DNA of 64,000 nt from the NCBI GenBank assembly GCA_963785235.1, contig CAWAUM010000001.1, positions 640,001 through 704,000 of the forward strand. The letters run 5' to 3'. Shown here in pieces: positions 60,236 through 64,000 of this stretch. A model generated the notes under the pieces. That model worked only from the letters and a program-made list of their open reading frames with translations. It did no database searches and was not told the origin of the DNA. Every line of letters starts with the position of its first letter. The first letter of the stretch is position 1. The translations under genes and the position numbers were made by a program. This DNA is from an uncultured delta proteobacterium. Its GTDB lineage: Bacteria > Desulfobacterota > Desulfomonilia > UBA1062.

Positions 60236-60426
60236 CCTAATTTTAAAACAATCTCATGCTCACTAGGAGTGTTATCCTTGATACACACTGAAAGGCATGC
60301 GGGACAAAGTACATATAGGTGCATACAGGGGCATTGACTCCATGCCATGGGTGCTTATTATTCCTACTAAGGAATCAAGCTTCCCTTGCCCGGCAAAGGC
60401 AACACGCCTCATCAGGAGGGAGACTA

Positions 60427-60906
60427 ATGGATTTTGAGCTTAGAGAGGTCAAGGTTGTTGACCCCCAGCAAATATCATTGCAGTTAAAAGCACTTTTTGC
60501 GAGTCAGGGTCTTGCCGTTGTTTCCACGCATGAGCATGGCCAGCCCTACTGCAACCTCGTGGCGTTCGCATCATCAGAAGACCTGAATCACCTGGTCTTC
60601 GCCACGACCCGCGCCACCAGGAAATTCGCTAACATAGACGAGGACCCCAGGATTTCGCTGCTTATTGATAACCGGAGCAACCGGGTCTCGGATTTTCACG
60701 AGGCTATGGCGGTAAGTGCCATCGGCGTTGCGGAAGAGATCCTGGGTTCTGAAAAAGACAACCTGCTCAAGGTCTATCTCACAAAGCATCCCCATCTGGA
60801 AGACTTTGTCATGTCGCCCACCTGTGCACTCATGCAGGTGGAGGTGAAAAGGTATTATGTTGTGAGCAGATTCCAGCATGTCCTGGTGCTCCATATGAAG
60901 GAATGA
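60427..60906 (+). CDS. pyridoxamine 5'-phosphate oxidase-like (split-barrel flavoprotein) protein
   Basis: 'LAVVST...QPY.NLVAF', 'FAT.R.TRK..N....P..SLLIDNR'. Confidence 0.88.
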   Translation: MDFELREVKVVDPQQISLQLKALFASQGLAVVSTHEHGQPYCNLVAFASSEDLNHLVFATTRATRKFANIDEDPRISLLIDNRSNRVSDFHEAMAVSAIGVAEEILGSEKDNLLKVYLTKHPHLEDFVMSPTCALMQVEVKRYYVVSRFQHVLVLHMKE

Positions 60907-63072
60907 GCCTGATCATCCCCTTAAGCAGCCTGGCGGATGTAGATCCTGCTCAGGTCGGCAGCAAGGCCTTCAGCCTGGGTGTCATCTTTCGTAACGGCAT
61001 GAGGGTGCCTGATGCCCTGTGCATTACCCATGATGCCTATGAAACCTATGTGCATTCCACGGGTCTCATGGAGCGCATATCCCTGGAACTGGGACGCAAG
61101 GATTTCCGTGATATGCGATGGGAAGAATTATGGGATGCGTCCTTGCGTATAAGGGGCATGTTCTTGAATACCGCAATGCCCGCTGCGCTGGTGAAAAAGG
61201 TGCGGGGGCCCATTGAAGATTTTTTCGGTGACAGGCCTGTTGCCGTCAGGTCTTCTGCGCCTGGAGAGGACCCCTCAACTGCATCATTTGCAGGGCTCCA
61301 TGATTCATACGTCAATGTTAAGGGCATCTACTCCATCCTTGATCATATCCGTCTCGTTTGGGCTTCTTTATGGTCTGACTCAGCCCTGCTCTACCGGAAA
61401 GAGCTTGATCTTGATGTTCATCATAGCACCATGGCGGTCATAATTCAGGAATTCATTGCAGGCCAAAAATCCGGGGTGATCTTCAGTCAGGCCCCTGCAG
61501 ATGAAGGCCATGCAATCATCGAGGCTATCTACGGCCTCAACCAGGGGTTTGTGGATGGCATAGTGGAGCCTGACAGGTGGATCATTGACCGCACCTCAGG
61601 CAGGATCATCTGCCATGAGGGCGCCTTGCGGGATAAATTAGTGAGTCCTTCGGCATCCGGGGTTTCCCTTGATGACCTGGCCCCGGAGTTCAGACAGATC
61701 CCTCCCCTCAATGAAGGAGAGATCCAGAAGATATACCATCTGGCAATGATCATGGAAGAACTTTTCGGATCGCCCCAGGATATGGAGTGGACCTTTGACG
61801 GTATGGATCTCTATACCCTCCAGTCCAGACCTATTGCAGCCTCTTTGAGCAAGACCAAAAGGGACACTAGGAACTGGTACCGAAGCATCAGCAGGAGCTT
61901 TGAGAACCTCAAGCAGCTTAAATCCAGGATAGAAGAGGAACTCATCCCCGAGATGATTGAGGCAGTAAAATCTCTTTCGAACGTTGATCACAGTAGCCTG
62001 AGCGACCATGAACTCTCCGGTGTAATCCTCGAAATGACAGCAACTTACCAGGCCTGGGAGAGGACATATTGGAAGTATTTCATTCCCGTTGCCCATGGCA
62101 TCCGCCTTTTCGGCAGGGTCTATAACGATACCGTCAGGCCCCATGACCCATACGAGTTCATGGATCTCATGAGGTCTTCGAACATGCTCAGCATTCAGAG
62201 GAATTCAGGGCTTGAGCACCTTGCCTCACTGGTAAGGCAATCCCCTGCGTTGGCTTCTGCCTTGAGATATGGCAAGGATACTTCTGCTTTTCCCCAATTT
62301 GAAAATGAGATGAAGCGCTTTATCATTACATTCGGCGATCTCTCGTGGTACTATTCTCAATACCGAGGGGAGGGAGAGGTTCTGCGGGGGCTGGTTTTAA
62401 AGCTTGCCTCCAAGCCTGTTACCGCTGAGCAGCCACGTTCCCCTTCCATGGAAGACCTTGAGGAGTATTATCTCAGCTTTTTCCCTGATGAGCGCAAAAC
62501 CTTTGCCCGGGACCTGCTCTCTCTGGCGCGTGCGAGCTATCGCCTGAGGGATGATGACAACATCTACCTCGGAAGGATAAAGGGGCGCCTTATGTCAGTA
62601 CTCGATGACGGAAGGAGACGGCTGAGAGGACGGCTGCCTGATGTGAGGGATGCAGATATTCCAAAGGCCTTGCAAGACCCGCTGTATAAACCTTCTCAAA
62701 AAGGGGAATTGAGAGATGAAACACCCAGTGCAAGTTTTACGCTGCACGTGCGGCAGCTTGTGGGGCAGCCTTCGGGCAGCGGAATTGCCATCGGTACGGC
62801 AAGGGTCATCCTGCAAGAGAGTGACCTGGCCCTGTTCAATGCTGGCGAGGTTATCGTGTGCGATGCACTGGAACCCAACATGACCTTCATCATGCCTCTG
62901 GCCTCGGGCATTGTGGAGTGCAGGGGGGGTATGCTCATCAATGGGGCCATCATCGCCAGAGAGTACGGCTCTGCCATGCGTCACCGGTGTCCCTGATGCG
63001 GTGAGCCTCATAAAAACAGGTAATACGGTAACTGTTGATGGGTATTTGGGAATTGTGATCATCAGGGACTAG
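60903..63072 (+). CDS. PEP-synthase/PPDK-like (rifampin-phosphotransferase architecture) protein, frameshift near 62970
   Basis: 'VG.KA..L', 'AVRSSA..ED...SFAG', 'QDMEW..LQSRP'; C-terminal swivel domain 'GGML.NGAIIAREYG...VDG..G.V'. Confidence 0.88.
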
Positions 63073-63147
63073 TACAGAGAATAAACTGGATCCCTTGAAC
63101 GTAAAAATAATTTGAAAACAACAATTTCACCCGGTTTTGAGTTTATA

Positions 63148-63176
63148 TTGTATCACAAGGACACTAGGTGTATAAT
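63148..63176 (+). promoter_or_regulatory. sigma70 promoter of the RNA-binding protein gene
   Basis: TTGTAT-17 nt-TATAAT. Confidence 0.7.
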
Positions 63177-63282
63177 GCTTGGAAGGTGACTTCTTCGGAG
63201 GCCTAAACGCGTCTTAGGTCAGGAACGATCAGTAGACTCCCGGTGAAGTTCAAAAGATCCACAAAAAACAGTTGGAGGTTGC

Positions 63283-63630
63283 ATGAATATCTTTGTAGGA
63301 AATTTATCGAGAGAAGTTACCAATGAGGATCTGCTGCAGGCATTTCAGGCATTTGGTGAGGTAACAACAGCCAATGTCATCCGTGATAAATTCAGCGGTG
63401 ATTCACGAGGGTTCGGCTTTGTTGAAATGCCGGCCAAGGCCGCTGCACAGACTGCCATTGCCGAGATGAACGGCAAGGAATTGAAAGGACGCGCAATCAA
63501 TGTCAATGAAGCCCGCCCGCGTGCTGATAACCGCGGTGGCGGTGGAGGCGGTGGCGGCGACAGAGGCAGAAGGCCTGGCGGAGGCGGAGGCGGTGGCGGC
63601 GGTGGTGGCGGAGGCAGACGCCGATTCTAA
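63283..63630 (+). CDS. RRM (RNP-1) RNA-binding protein with Gly/Arg-rich tail
   Basis: RNP2 'IFVGNL', RNP1 'RGFGFVEM', 'VNEARPR'; GGAGG RBS. Confidence 0.96.
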   Translation: MNIFVGNLSREVTNEDLLQAFQAFGEVTTANVIRDKFSGDSRGFGFVEMPAKAAAQTAIAEMNGKELKGRAINVNEARPRADNRGGGGGGGGDRGRRPGGGGGGGGGGGGGRRRF

Positions 63631-63725
63631 TCACGCCGGACTTTAACGAGAAAGTTTAAAGAGCGGCTTAGGTCGCAGCTGCTTAGTTGGGATGAACGTG
63701 AGCGAACCCCGACAAATAGATGGAG

Positions 63726-63750
63726 AGGCGGGCCTTGTGCCCGCCTTTTT
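63726..63750 (+). terminator. intrinsic terminator
   Basis: AGGCGGGC-CTTGT-GCCCGCCT followed by TTTT. Confidence 0.8.
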
Positions 63751-63865
63751 GCAGGCAGAGCTTTTGCCTTGGAGTAGCCCTCCTGAACAGCAAAAGTGGC
63801 CCAGGCCGTGATAAGACCATATATGGGAAAGTAGGGGCGGCACAAATGGTCGCCCCATATTCTTA

Positions 63866-64000
63866 TTAGCTCAACAGCACCTTATACCCTGCTATCATGA
63901 GGACCAGAGACAGGATCTTCTGCACGCCCAGGATAGGGAGTTGCCTGCTGCCGAGATAAGACCCCACAAGGCCTCCGGCCACGGCGGTAAGGGCAAAATT
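63866..64000 (-). CDS. 3' end of a probable TauE/SafE-family membrane protein
   Basis: Reads ...AVAGGLVGSYLGSRQLP....KILSLVLMIAGYKVLLS*. Confidence 0.6.
   Translation of the reverse strand, partial: NFALTAVAGGLVGSYLGSRQLPILGVQKILSLVLMIAGYKVLLS

Noticed and set aside
63535-63615. GGC/GGT/GGA microsatellite as a contingency locus
   Set aside because: It encodes the ordinary Gly-rich tail of RRM proteins with mixed synonymous codons
63831-63856. GTAG-type REP element (GTAGGGGCG...CGCCCC)
   Set aside because: Single short copy with no RAYT transposase nearby; it may simply be a terminator hairpin for the convergent gene

Overview
A 64-kb gene-dense chromosomal segment, probably from an anaerobic deltaproteobacterium (Desulfobacterota-like). 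That placement is inferred from gene content: multi-PAS hybrid kinases, DUF362/polyferredoxin, FIST kinase and ADP-forming acyl-CoA ligase. I see no rRNA, tRNA, CRISPR array or intact transposase. About 16 otherwise intact genes carry 1-nt frameshifts, which most likely reflect uncorrected long-read indels. Recognisable content includes an Mla/Pqi-type lipid transport operon, recQ, fur-feoA-feoB, glucokinase, asd, ompA, a surface-glycosylation trio, an RhuM/Fic gene and an RRM RNA-binding protein. Two loci stand out. (1) 34650-36637: an ArsR-family regulator has an in-frame UGA followed by a bacterial-SECIS-like hairpin, making it a candidate selenoprotein transcription factor. Twin promoter/operator sites point to a regulon of a CC-motif membrane peptide, a Cys/Met-rich metallothionein-like protein and an MddA/ICMT-type methyltransferase. 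(2) 46391-48882: a ParA ATPase is fused to a glycogen-binding CBM48-type domain, and the next gene is a degenerate MinD/FlhG-like partner with a ParB-type LGRGL peptide. This is a candidate positioning system for glycogen or other carbohydrate cargo. There are also two copies of a long palindromic element with a compensatory base-pair change, and a tandem pair of unknown small paralogues. No searches were run; family calls come from motif recognition.
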